From Eledone cirrhosa (Eukaryota), in contig OZ024742.1 in NCBI GenBank assembly GCA_964016885.1, positions 97,402,001 to 97,466,000 of the forward strand: DNA of 64,000 nucleotides. Reading direction: 5' to 3'. The notes under the pieces were generated by a model. The model saw only the letters and a list, made by a program, of their open reading frames with translations. It did no database searches and was not told where the DNA came from. The position numbers and the translations under genes were made by a program. Positions 14,980 to 26,887 of this stretch are shown one piece after another (the first letter of the stretch is position 1; each line of letters begins with the position of its first letter).

Positions 14980-16412
14980 CAGGGCGCGGACGGTATTTGA
15001 GGACAGATTTATAGTTTTAAAAAATGCTTATATAATTGTTTCTACTTTAGGCACAAGGCCAGCAAAATCCAGTACATTACCGGTACTTTATTTTATCGAC
15101 CCCGTAAGGATGAAAAACAAAGTTAACCTCAGCGGGATTTGAACTCAGACTGTAAAGAGACGTAACTATGCTAGAAAGCATGGTGTCCAACCTTCTACCG
15201 ATATTGCCAAATAACAGAAAAAAACTTTATTCTTATAAAAATAACATAAACATAAAGCTAAATTATCAATTTAATAATTTCATTCAATAAAACCACCATA
15301 AGCATCAATAACTGCCTGTACACGGGGTCGAAAGTGTTTACAAGCTCAGCTTAAGTGGTCCTTGTTCATATCAGACATGACTCGAATTATGGAGGCTTTC
15401 AAAGAATCTTTGGTGCTATGGGGGTGTTCATTAACATTTTTCTCAACAGTGCTCCGTACATAGTAGTCCAGTGGATTGAGATCTGGAGAATTAGGAGGCC
15501 AAATGTTGGGGGTGATGTGATTATGCAAATTGTCAGCCATCCATTCTTTTGTCATTTGAGTCTTGTATGATGGTGCAGAATCTTGTTGAAATATATAACG
15601 CCTTCCATTGTATACTCTGTTGATCCAAGGCTTAACAACTTTATCCAGACCTTCAATATATGCAGCACCATTCACCCTAAGGCCTTGTGGGAAAAGTGAG
15701 GATGCATCACATGTCCTTCATTGCTAACAACACCCAAAACCATGACACTTGCAGGAAATTTTGGGTACATTACTCTTGGAACTTCAGAAGGGTCTGCACA
15801 TAGCTACCTGTCATTTCTTCTGTTAGTTTTCTGGTTCTGGTCAAAGTTTTTCTCATCTGAGAAAAACCAAATCACAACTTCTTCTGATGGATTTTTAAGT
15901 TTGTTTAAAAGTCTTTTGGGTTTGATTAAACGCTTTTCTTTTGTTTTTTCCTATATGAATTGACCTCTTCTCATCACGTAAGATTTGTATCTGATGTCTT
16001 CATGCACAACATTTCTGGTTGATTTTTCTGACACACCAAAAGTTTTTGCAATTGACCTTATTGATTTTCCTGGATTGTCATCAACGTTTTTCCTTAACTT
16101 CCTGAATAAATTCAGGTGTCCTGATAGAATCAGAGCGTTTGGAATGTTTTTTACGTTTTGATACAGCTTCCATCTTCTTTCTCTAACTCACACCGAATCT
16201 TGTGGACAAAATATCTTGCAACTTTCAGAAAACGAGAAATGTCTAAATCCCCATGCTTATCATTCAAAGCTACAACGACAGCATGCCTTTTCATTTCATT
16301 AGTAAGCATAGTTATTTTCATTGTTATTTTCTGAAATGGAAATTCAATAAAAATTAGTCAAATAAAATAATGACTAAAAATACATGTGTCCGCAAATACC
16401 GTCCGCACCCTG
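14980..16412 (-). mobile_element. Tc1/mariner superfamily DD37D (maT-type) DNA transposon, full length but pseudogenised
   Basis: About 26-bp TIRs CAGGG(C/T)GCGGACGGTATTTG(A/C)GGACA flanked by TA; WFFSDEKNF and FQQDSAP..WPPNSPDLNPLDY with 37 residues between the 2nd and 3rd D; stops and frameshifts. Confidence 0.92.
15033..15212 (-). mobile_element. tRNA-derived SINE (family A) nested in the maT element
   Basis: A box TGGCAATATCGG, B box GAGTTCAAATCC, central TTTCATCCTTACGGGGTCGATAAAATAAAGTACC (Nin/Deu-like domain). Confidence 0.85.
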
Positions 16413-17611
16413 TATATTTACAAAGAGCTGAGAGCTTTATTGCTGGGATAGTATGAGTTCGTTGATGGTTAGTGGTTAGAGGTTTCGGATGTAAAATCCT
16501 TCATTCTTGTTAATTTTGGCAAATCTTTTCATCATCCGAGTATCTGTATGTCTAAACAACCCAGCATATCTATAAACATATTTCTTGATATACACCAACA
16601 CATTATATACACCAGGCCACGTATCCACCACCCAAAATGTTCTGTGACAACATCGACAAAAAGAGAAAGAGACTACTGGCAAATCTGCTTCCTAAGCAAA
16701 TGTAAATAACACAATGTCACACCATAGTCTGTAAAACACCTGGAGATCCCCATGTTTTCTCGGAGATCCAAGAACATCATCAGTAAGTATATCATCAACA
16801 GATTGATTCGAGATAAATGCAAAGAGCTCCACCACCCCAACAAAAAAATCTTCCACAAACACATCACCTGGTGTACGCACCCTTTACACTTAATACAATA
16901 AAATAAATAAAATAACTAACATGTAAACACTACCAAACTAAATCAAACACAAGTTTCGAATGCCTATTCAGCAGATCATAAAACAGACACCACGTCACCA
17001 CCACCCCAACAAACAGAAACATCAATACAACCACAGATAACTGCAGGCAAAGCTACCACAACCTCCACACCACGCACAACTGCCCACACACCACGACCAC
17101 CACCAACATCAACAGCAATATAACACCATACAACACACTGCAAGTGACAACAATACTACAACCACAACCACAAACATGCAACTGCCACTTCCATCGCACG
17201 CAACCCACTGTTCAGAAACTTCACAGGAACATTCACCGTGGAAGTATCGGCGCTCCTGTTATATTCTACTCCCGATAATTTCTTATATTAGGTTGATTTG
17301 CTTACATTGATGCCTGAGGTGGGCTATTTTTAGCATTCTCAGCAAACCCGCTGTTGTCCACTGATTCGTATAATATTGTGTCAGTCACTACAACGCATGT
17401 GGAGTCCAATCTTGACTTTAACACCTCTGTGGATAGCTAATATTTTGGGCCACTCTTAGGATTACTTACAGATGAAAGCCATCGTCCTAACTTTGCTAAT
17501 TATCTATTTATAATGATGGTAATTGGCAAAGTTTTCCATGGCTTGACACTGTGCAGTATAAACATGACAAATGGATGGTTTTCTAAAGTAATGTGAGTAA
17601 TATAAGTAATA

Positions 17612-17965
17612 TAATTGTTTCTACTTTTGGCACAAGGCCAGCAATTATCCGGTACATTACTGGTACTTTATTTTATCGACCCCGTAAGGATGAAAGGCAA
17701 AGTTAACCTCGGCGGGATTTGAACACATATCGTAAAGGGACGTAACTATGCTGGAAAGCATGTCCGACCCTCTACCGATACTGCCAATTCATGTGAGTAA
17801 TATAATTGTTTCTACGTTTGGCATAAGGCCAGCAATTATTCAGTGCATTACTGCTACTTTATTTTATCAACCCCGTAAGGATGAAAGGCAAAGTTAACCT
17901 CGGCGGGATTTGAACTCAGAATGGCAAGGGCCGTAACTCCTTACGTCAAAGCAAGGCGTCCGACC
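17612..17965 (-). mobile_element. Two adjacent family A SINEs
   Basis: Same consensus; ATGTGAGTAATATAA is duplicated around the first copy. Confidence 0.88.
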
Positions 17966-18059
17966 GGTAATATGTTAAACTGCTTACTATCTCTATTTTC
18001 CGGTAGTTTTATGTAATATGTTACAAGATATTAGGGTATAGTTGTCTCCATTACATTAT

Positions 18060-18145
18060 CGTTTAACTTTGCCTTTCACCCTTACGGGGTCGATAAAATA
18101 AAGTACCAGTAATGCACTACGTAATTGGTGGCCTTGTGCCAAAAT
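18060..18145 (+). mobile_element. Partial family A SINE in the opposite orientation
   Basis: TTTGCCTTTCACCCTTACGGGGTCGATAAAATAAAGTACCAG..GGCCTTGTGCCAAA. Confidence 0.8.
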
Positions 18146-19339
18146 CTCCGATTCACTTACCTAATATCTTCACTTTCTACTTTTTACTTCCCTATTTTCT
18201 TCACTACCTGATTATACCAGTCACTTGCGTTTTCCACTCCAGATATTTTTTGTTATTTCTCAGCCATTCTTATAATTTTATATTTGTACTTACTTATCCA
18301 CAAGGCTTTTTACACCCTGTATCTATGTGTCTGAGCGCTTTAATGTGTGTATACTTTCTATATATGTACACGAACGCCTCCGGATGTGCGCGCGCGTGCG
18401 TGTGTGTATATATATATATTTATGTGTATGTATATATGTTCTTATATCTGTGTTTTTACATCTATGTTTTTTTTTGTTTTTGTTTTTTTTTTCTTCTTTT
18501 TTTACATCCTCATTTTTATGTGTGTGCATGTAAACAGGTCAATATGCGTGAGTGTATGTATGTGTGTATGTGTGTGTGTGTGTACGTACTGAATGTATGG
18601 ATGTGTAGGTGTGCGTATGTATATAGGCATGTATATTTTTTTTCCGTGTGTGTGTGTGTGAGTGTATACAGTCGCGTGCGTGCGCGTGATTAGATATACA
18701 TGGGGCGAGGCGTATATGCGTATATATGTGCATCCTGTGTCTGTATGTTGTGCTTGCATACGCCTTTGTCTGCAGGTTTTGCGTGTATATATATATATTT
18801 CTTATAGATATACGTTTTCTTGTAGATATATGTGTGTGTACGCGTGTACCTTGTTTGTCTTCTTTTCTTTAATTTTTTCTTTCTAAATTATTGTTCCATT
18901 TTTATAGATATATCGAGAACGATACTTTCTTTTTACTATTACACTCCCTTACCTCTTTTTCTTCCGCATATAAGTGTACGTGCATGTGGGTGTGTTTATA
19001 CGCGTGCCTTCATATTCTTATAATGTATCTAATACCCTGTTCTTTTCTGTGTACATCACAATCATATCATGTCTGTCTGTAGTTACAGATACACAGATAC
19101 ACTTGCCCTAACAGATATATTTATGCACACTTTTTCACTATACGTACACATTTGTACATACACACATATGTACATCTGTGAACGTATATACATACATATA
19201 CACACACCTAACTATATTTCTTGAAAGATTTTTATATATTTCATATGGCTATTGTAATTCCCTTATCTATATTTATATAATTAATTTTTTTTGCTTTTCT
19301 TGATGAGACTTTCCAAGTATTTAGCCATGTTTTATATTG

Positions 19340-19409
19340 CCTCGTCTGACGAACCAATGAAGACGTTTCTTTCGTATTCGCCTCATTCGGGAAACCTCTG
19401 GTAATGAGG
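19340..19409 (+). ncRNA. Candidate type I hammerhead ribozyme with imperfect stem II
   Basis: CCTCGT-CTGACGA-ACCAATGA..TCATTCGG-GAAA-CCTCTGG-TA-ATGAGG; about 100 bp upstream of (AT)n. Confidence 0.55.
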
Positions 19410-19510
19410 TAATTATATTGTATTGATTTGTATACATTAAATTTTGCTCTGGTACTTACATAGAGCACTCTTCACTTCTATGACCTTTTCTGTTTTCAAC
19501 GGAAATTTCA

Positions 19511-19544
<34 letters not shown>

Positions 19545-19550
<6 letters not shown>

Positions 19551-19851
19551 GATATTAATAAATGGAAACTATATTTATAAAACCATATTTATTTCATTAT
19601 ACATATTTCAGGGATACCAAATTAAATTATGGTATGCCTTCATCAGACAAAATACAATATATAACAGTTTTACAAATAAGCTTTGACGTACCCTTTTAAA
19701 ATGTGTACGTCAAAGCTTATTTGTAAAACTGTTATATATTGTATTTTGTCTGATGAAGGCATACCATAATTTAATTTGGTATCCCTGAAATATGTATAAT
19801 GAAATAAATATGGTTTTATAAATATAGTTTCCATTTATTAATATCGTATAT
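19545..19851. repeat. Fold-back palindrome, about 147-bp arms and 13-bp spacer, with a hammerhead in each arm
   Basis: Arms are reverse complements about 19692-19704; both strands encode the same peptide in the ORF track. Confidence 0.95.
19742..19806 (+). ncRNA. Minimal type I hammerhead ribozyme (mirror copy 19590-19654, minus)
   Basis: TATTTTGT-CTGATGA-AGGCATACCA-loop-TGGTATCCCT-GAAA-TATGTA-TA-ATGAAATA. Confidence 0.75.
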
Positions 19852-19949
19852 CTACTCGAAATACTTGTCGAGTGCTTTATATCAATTATGAAAATATTTA
19901 CTTGTTGTATCCCAACAATTTTAAATAGAACTTTTGTATATATATATAT

Positions 19950-20129
19950 ATATATAGTAATAATAATAATAGTAATAATAATAAATTTGAAGACTAAAAT
20001 CCAAAGAGGGCTCAATAAGGATAGATATATATCAAATATATAAGACCCGTAGAGCAAATATTTATTAAAATAACAGATTAAAGTTTAAGCAAAGAATCGC
20101 AGCGATTCTTTGCTTAAACTTTAATCTGT
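19950..20129. repeat. pLTR-like segment with a short palindrome (about 20072-20129), flanked by (TA)n
   Basis: ACAGATTAAAGTTTAAGCAAAGAATCGC-A-GCGATTCTTTGCTTAAACTTTAATCTGT; 19950-20100 is the inverse of 22778-22915. Confidence 0.85.
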
Positions 20130-20140
20130 ATATATATATG

Positions 20141-20260
20141 AAGGCGTGTGGCTGAGTGGTTAGAGAATTGGATACACAATCGTGAGGTTATGAGTTCAAT
20201 TCCTGGACCGGGCGATGCGTTATGTCCTTGAGCAAGACATTTTATTTCACGTTGCTACTT
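20141..20260 (+). mobile_element. tRNA-derived SINE head (family B)
   Basis: TGGCTGAGTGG A box, GAGTTCAATTCC B box, then TGTCCTTGAGCAAGACA. Confidence 0.8.
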
Positions 20261-20337
20261 CTACCTGGAGTTGCGGCCGATAGATAGTATTAGCAATTGG
20301 AAAGACCAACGTCCGATTTGACGAAAGTCGATCGTTC

Positions 20338-20381
<44 letters not shown>

Positions 20382-20957
20382 GAAGATTGATGGTTGACTT
20401 GGAGATTAAGCTGCTACTATTAATCTTATATACAACTAACATCAGGAAACTCTAATTAATCTCCGAAAATGTATACTTAATATATGTGCGTGTGTGTAAT
20501 TAAGAGACGAACCTTATCGAATAGATTGGACACAATCTCCGTCGTTTCCTCACTCACTAAATAATCTAATTAAATCCGTATTATTAGCATTTAAACTGAT
20601 TAGAGGGCACACATACGTTAATCAGCGCATAGGAAAATTGAGATACCCTGATACCCGTGTCTTTGATTCCGATTTGCTGACTGCGTTCCATATGCAGAAA
20701 ATTAGGTATTGTTAGTATACATTGTTGAACTTCAGCGGGCGTTAGCTTCCCTGTAATGGATAGTTCCATATGGTGTGCTAGTATATATATCCCATTGCTT
20801 GCTGCAAGTGAATGTAGTAGTTTTCAACTTCTAGTATCACGTGATATTCTGTCAAAGAGGGATAAGCCAGGCCTGATAATTTACAGGAAACACCCGTTGG
20901 CAATTGATTCAAATTAAAAAAAAAGATATGACCACACTAAAAGCACTCTACCAGTAA

Positions 20958-21112
20958 ATAATTGTTTCTACTTTTGGCACAAGGCCAGCAATTATCCCAG
21001 TGCATTACTGGTACTTTATTTTATCGACACCGTAACGATGAACTCAGACCGTAAAAGGACGTAACTATACTGAAAAGCATGGTGTCCGACCCTCTACCGA
21101 TACTCCCAATCC
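20958..21112 (-). mobile_element. Family A SINE with internal deletion
   Basis: Consensus match with the segment between GATGAA and CTCAGA missing. Confidence 0.85.
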
Positions 21113-21932
21113 TCTACCCATGTAAATAATGTAGACAGAGAGAAAATAACTGTAAGCGCTATTAGACACGGAACAATTTGTCAGTGACCGCTACCGGTTG
21201 TTGAACTTCGTATCTTTTAGATAACCATTGATCTAAACGGTCTGTGACAATAATAATTATACAGCAAAATGAAACAGCTTTGGTTGTTTCAAAGCTTTAG
21301 CCTCTGCATCAGTTGTAATGTTGAGAGTGTATTGGTTTACCTCAAAGTGTCCCATTGTCGCACTTGGTGGTGAATTGATGGCCGTTTTTGTTTTTGTTTA
21401 TCCCACCTTTTGATCTTTATTATTTTTATATTTTCTATGCGTTTATATTTTTGTTTATCAATGACAATATATTCTTCTGAACGAATTGCGAACAATGTAT
21501 GTTTTTTACGCATTTGTAATGTTATTTATACAACTGTGAATAAAATATATACTTTCGTTTATAAGAACTGCAAACGTCTTGATGTGGTAGCTAAGTGTAT
21601 GTTATGTTTATACCATTACTTATTTGTATAGGGAAGTATATATTACCTGTATGTTTTGTGAAGGTACGTATACTTTCTCGTACGTATATTTGATTGTATA
21701 TGTTATGGCGTATATATTATTTTTTCTGGTACATATGCTTTTGGTTATGTGTATACGTGAGTTTTGCGTCTGTGTGAGTATGCGGGTTCGTACGTATGTA
21801 GGGTGTGTGTATATGTGTACTTCGTGTTTTGGTTGACGTACGTCTCCGAACATAAGTGTATTTACATGTAGGTATGTATGTGCGCTTGTTATATACGTAT
21901 TTATTTATATACGTTTATTTAATTATATGTAT

Positions 21933-21964
<32 letters not shown>

Positions 21965-22044
21965 TTTTTTTAATATATATTTTATGTGTATTTGGTGTAT
22001 ACATTCGTATGCGTGCGGGTACAGACGTTGCGTGGGTTCTGTAT

Positions 22045-22330
22045 GTGCGTGCGGTTTATTTTTGTATTTTTTTGTGTACGTGCGTGTATTTGTATACCTA
22101 TGGCGAGTGTTTTCGCGTATGCTTGTGTATGTACGTATATGGATGCGTGTTTGTATTTATTTAATTTCATTTACAGAGGTAAATAAAAATTTCGTTTACC
22201 TCTGTAAATGAAATTAAATAAATACAAACACGCATCCATATACGTACATACACAAGCATACGCGAAAACACTCGCCATATGTATACAGATACACGCACGT
22301 ACACAAAAAAAACAAAAAAACCGCACGTAC
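22045..22330. repeat. Palindrome, about 135-bp arms and 11-bp spacer
   Basis: ..CATTTACAGAGGTAAA-taaaaatttcg-TTTACCTCTGTAAATG.. Confidence 0.9.
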
Positions 22331-22745
22331 ATACATGTATTTTATTTATTCTTAACTCTGAAGCCGAGAATCATTCGGTTTCCTAGTTGGAATTTTAGTC
22401 TACGACTTCAGTTATACCATTTACCTGGTTTTGTCTTTGCGTGCAATTGTTCTCCCCTCTCCACATATGACGTATTATCTTCGTTTTTTTCCGTTCATTG
22501 CCAGAGAACGTCTCTATGAACCACCTAATAGAATATTAGTCTACGACTTCTTTCAAACCATAAACGTGGTTTTGTCTTTGCGTGCAATTGTTTTTCACCG
22601 CTCCAAATAATGACGTATTATATTCATTTTTTCCTGTTCTTTGCCAGGGAACGTTTCCACGAACCAAAGTATCGTCTTCCTGTCTTCCTCTGGTTGCAAC
22701 GTTTTTTGAAATATTCATTTCTGCGTTCACATATTGATTTTTTTT

Positions 22746-22796
22746 AGTTTCAGAAGATCCCGTTAAGGGTGAAAGCAGCGATTCTTTGCTTAAACT
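22746..22796 (+). ncRNA. Variant or degenerate hammerhead (CAGAAGA core)
   Basis: AGTTT-CAGAAGA-TCCC-GTTAA-GGGT-GAAA-GCA..TGC-TT-AAACT. Confidence 0.45.
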
Positions 22797-22972
22797 TTAA
22801 TCTGTTATTTTTAATAAATATTTGCTCTACGGTTCTTATATATTTGATATATATTTATCCTTATCGAGCCCTTTTGTGATTTTAGTCTTCAAATTTATTA
22901 TTATTACTATATATATAAATGGAAAAAATGAAACGAAATTTCATTTCCCACTCTTAGTACGGCTGTTACTTA

Positions 22973-23335
22973 AATATAAGTATGTACACGTACATACATA
23001 TATGTATACACACGTACAGTATTATGTATATATATATACACATACATGCACACATATATATATGTACGTATGGATTCACCGAACATTTATTATAATAAGC
23101 TTGAAACTAGTACAGAGTTCCTTTGTCAGTGTTGAACAAACGAGCAACGATGGTTGCTAGTCACTACGGCTTAATACGGGATGTTAGTTTACAAACACAC
23201 CGAGCATTATAATAAATGTTCGGTGAATCCGTACGTACATATATATATGTGTGCATGTATGTGTATATATATACATACTACTGTACGTCTGTATACATAT
23301 ATGTATGTACGTGTACATACTTATACTATATAAAT
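22973..23335. repeat. Inverted repeat, about 125-bp arms and 110-bp spacer
   Basis: GGATTCACCGAACATTTATTATAAT / ATTATAATAAATGTTCGGTGAATCC; a single arm recurs at about 61380-61480. Confidence 0.88.
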
Positions 23336-23404
23336 ATATATATAAGAAACTGAGGTTTTTTTTTACAAAATGAAAAATAACCGAGGTGTCCTTCCGACAC
23401 GAAT

Positions 23405-23640
23405 GAAAGTATAAAGAAAAAAGATGAAATCGAAAATGCAACTGGAGTGTTATTTAAAAAACTATATATATATTTATTTGGTTCCTTTACCGGTTTCGCA
23501 GTTCTTCTGCTTTTCAATTCAAAAGTAGTACTTTTGTAAAGCAGAAGAACTGCGAAACCGGTAAAGGAACCAAATATATATATATATTTTTTTCAAAAAT
23601 AAGACGCCAGTCATTTTCGATTTCATATTTTTTTCCTTAT
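23405..23640. repeat. Imperfect palindrome containing a partial hammerhead
   Basis: TTGGTTCCTTTACCGGTTTCGCAGTTCTTCTGCTTT / AAAGCAGAAGAACTGCGAAACCGGTAAAGGAACCAA. Confidence 0.88.
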
Positions 23641-23681
23641 ATATATATATATATATAACACACACATATATATATACACAT

Positions 23682-23757
<76 letters not shown>

Positions 23758-23813
23758 TTCGTTTCTGAATTTGTTTAGCAAGATTCTTTATCTGAAATCG
23801 TGTGTTGAAACCG

Positions 23814-23884
23814 ATATTGTTATACTTTGGGAGGGTCATGTTGCTTCACTTATTGGCAACATGACCCTCCCAAAGTATAACAAT

Positions 23885-23886
<2 letters not shown>
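23814..23886. repeat. Short palindrome, 30-bp arms and 13-bp spacer, abutting (AT)n
   Basis: ATATTGTTATACTTTGGGAGGGTCATGTTG / CAACATGACCCTCCCAAAGTATAACAATAT. Confidence 0.92.
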
Positions 23887-23972
<86 letters not shown>

Positions 23973-24222
23973 TTTTTACATTCATTTAATTTATTAATTT
24001 ATTGATATTTTATTTGAGTGACCCGAATCTTCCTGGTCGTTCTTTTTCGGCTGCATGGGTGATTTTAGGCATGTTCTCTATGTGTTGGTATTTTAACGAT
24101 AGTTATAGCTCTGATTTATCCAAATTATTGAGCCCTCTGCCACGCATGTCGAATTTGTTTATCGTGATTTCATGGGCTGATATTCCGATTCTCGATTATT
24201 CTACTATATATATATATATATA

Positions 24223-26655
24223 CTAGCAGTAAAGCCCGGCGTTGCCGGGGTCGCTCAGTAGCTGTGTTAAGGTTACAATGTTAAGTTTCTTTTTTGGCTT
24301 AAAAACTGTAGTGTCTACTGTGCAGACTTGCATGTGGTGTTTTTGATTAATATTCCCTCAACCAACAATATGCCTTATGAAGTTAAGAAAACATAACGAT
24401 AACCCGAATGTTATAACAAAAGAGGTTGCTGGGGATAAAAACTGGACTGGTTATTTATTAACAAAGATCGAAAATGTAAACACTGCAACGCAGAGAAAAA
24501 CATTAGCGTAACCAAATTATCAGTTATGACTGTCTGCACGCCTATATCACCTCTCTGCACGACTGTCTCTGCACGCCTATATCACCTCTCTGCACGACTA
24601 TCTGTCTGCACGCCTATATCACCTCTCTGCACGACTATCTGTCTGCACGCGTATATCACATCTCTGCACGACTATCTGTCTGCACGACTGTCTGTCTGCA
24701 CGCCTAACGAAATTTACAGATACATATATTTTAAATAAACTTATATAATTTTTGCTTTTTTTTACGAAATATTTGCTTGTTTTACGTAGTCTTTAAATAG
24801 ACTTGTTTTCAAGTAAAAATATTGTTTTAAAATGCTTTTAAATGGAAATGAAGCAAAACGGAAGCTTAGTGTTCGAACTGATGAATTTTGCAGGTCAATA
24901 TTTTGCTGGCTCGACAACTGTTCGTGTATTGTGTTAATGTCATTTTAAACGCTGAGAAAGCCAGCGTAATTTTTTACGTAAGACGCTCAATGTAAACAGA
25001 ACAAAGGGAAATAACTGATAACTTACGCTCAAAAATCGATACATTATATTCGATTTCGTCACATAGGGCGGGTCAATTTGAAATATTTTTTTCCGATGTC
25101 TTCGCTAGGGCTCAATGTACAAGTATAGCAATTTCGGTGCAATTCCGTGAGAGATTCTAAGAGGAGATGTGTGCCAAAAATCGATAGACAGACAGACAAC
25201 CACAGTTTTATATATATAGACTAGCAGTAAAGCCCGGCGTTGCTCGGGGTCGCTCAGTAGCTGTGTTAAAGTTACAATGTTAAGTTTCTTTTTTGGCTTA
25301 AAAACTGTAGTGTCTACTGTACAGACTTGCATGTGGTGTTTTTGATTAATATTCCCTCAAACAACAATATGCCTTATGAAGTTAAGAAAACATAACGATA
25401 ACCCGAATGTTTTAACAAAAGAGGATGCTGGGATAAAAACTGCACTGGTTATTTATTAACAAAGATCGAAAATGTAAACACTGCAACGCAGATAAAAACA
25501 TTAGCGTAACCAAATTATCAGTTATGTCTGTCTGCACGCCTATATCACCTCTCTGCACGACTGTCTGTCTGCACGCCTATATCACCTCTCTGCACGACTA
25601 TCTGTCTGCACGCGTATATCACCTCTCTGCACGACTATCTGTCTGCACGACTGTCTGTCTGCACGCCTAACGACGAAATATTTGCTTGTTTTACGTAGTC
25701 TTTAAATAGACTTGTTTTCAAGTAAAAATATTGTTTTAAAATGCTTTTAAATGGAAATAAAGCACAACGGAAGCTTAGTGTTCGAACTGATGAATTTTGC
25801 AGGTCAATATTTTGCTGGCTCGACAACTGTTCGTGTCAGCGTAATTTTTTACGTAAGACGCTCAATGTAAACAGAACAAAGGGAAATAACTGATAACTTA
25901 CGCTCAAAAATCGATACATTATATTCGATTTCGTCAGATAGGGCGGGTCAATTTGAAATATTTTTTTTCCGATGTCTTCGCTAGGGCTCAATGTACAAGT
26001 ATAGCAATTTCGGTGCAATTCCGTGAGAGATTCTAAGAGATGTGTGCCAAAAATCGATAGACAGACAGACAACCTCAGTTTTATATATATAGATCTGCAC
26101 GACTGTCTGTCTGCACGCCTATATCACCTCTCTGCACGACTGTCTGTCTGCACGCGTATATCACCTCTCTGCACGACTGTCTGTCTGCACGCCTAACGAC
26201 GAAATATTTGCTTGTTTTACGTAGTCTTTAAATAGACTTGTTTTCAAGTAAAATATTGTTTTAAAATGCTTTTAAATGGAAATGAAGCAAAACGGAAGCT
26301 TAGTGTTCGAACTGATGAATTTTGCAGGTCAATATTTTGCTGGCTCGACAACTGTTCGTGTATTGTGTTAATGTCATTTTAAACGCTGAGAAAGCCAGCG
26401 TAATTTTTTACGTAAGACGCTCAATGTAAACAGAACAAAGGGAAATAACTGATAACTTACGCTCAAAAATCGATACATTATATTCGATTTCGTCAGATAG
26501 GGCGGGTCAATTTGAAATATTTTTTTCCCGATGTCTTCGCTAGTGCTCAATGTACAAGTATAGCAATTTCGGTGCAATTTCGTGAGAGATTCTAAGAGGA
26601 GATGTGTGCCAAAAATCGATAGACAGACAGACAACCTCAGTTTTATATATATAGA
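24223..26655 (-). mobile_element. Head-to-tail array of non-autonomous Helitrons (units 24223-25220, 25221-26093, and 3'-truncated 26094-26655)
   Basis: Minus strand 5'-TCTATATATATAAAA..(CTGT)n; 3' hairpin CCCG(G/A)..CGCCGGG then CTAG; array lies between A and T with no TSD. Confidence 0.9.
24528..24706. repeat. About 33-bp minisatellite inside the Helitron, with variable copy number among units
   Basis: CTGTCTGCACGCCTATATCACCTCTCTGCACGA repeats; also at about 25526-25670 and 26094-26195. Confidence 0.9.
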
Positions 26656-26887
26656 TTATCAGAAATACTAGATAAATTTTCTGTAGCTGTGAGTCGCAGA
26701 TAAAAAGCTATATCATTTATCTATTGTTTCTTCATAAGTATATTTTAAACTTATAGCCTCGTTTAAATGATTTTTTGTGTGGTTGATTTATGCTGATTGG
26801 GAGAAGAAATACTGTATATATTTTAACTAATGATTCTATGGACTTACTTGATCTATATATATATATATATATATATCATCATACACT

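Larger units (their letters stand above)
21570..22915 (+). mobile_element. PLE-associated 3' region/pLTR, inverse copy of 55905-56875, with internal palindrome and about 140-bp tandem duplication
   Basis: Long reverse-complement similarity to 55905-56875; duplicated unit starting TAGTCTACGACTTC at 22397 and 22537; ends in (TA)n. Confidence 0.7.

Noticed and set aside
16430-17500. Possible PLE N-terminal or UTR remnant, with CTGAATA..GAAA on the minus strand near 16950
   Set aside because: No diagnostic protein motif; the core deviates and stems do not pair
20584-20900. 61-aa ORF and FDRISR-like motif
   Set aside because: Too short and broken to assign
23955-24200. Minus-strand RGRGL peptide near a poly(A), suggesting a LINE 3' end
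   Set aside because: Single short motif with a stop; insufficient to classify
24528-24706. 33-bp repeats as CRISPR
   Set aside because: Contiguous tandem units with no unique spacers, internal to a Helitron
24875-24910. CTGATGA in the Helitron units, and at about 6060 and 54492
   Set aside because: No matching stems or GAAA..UH
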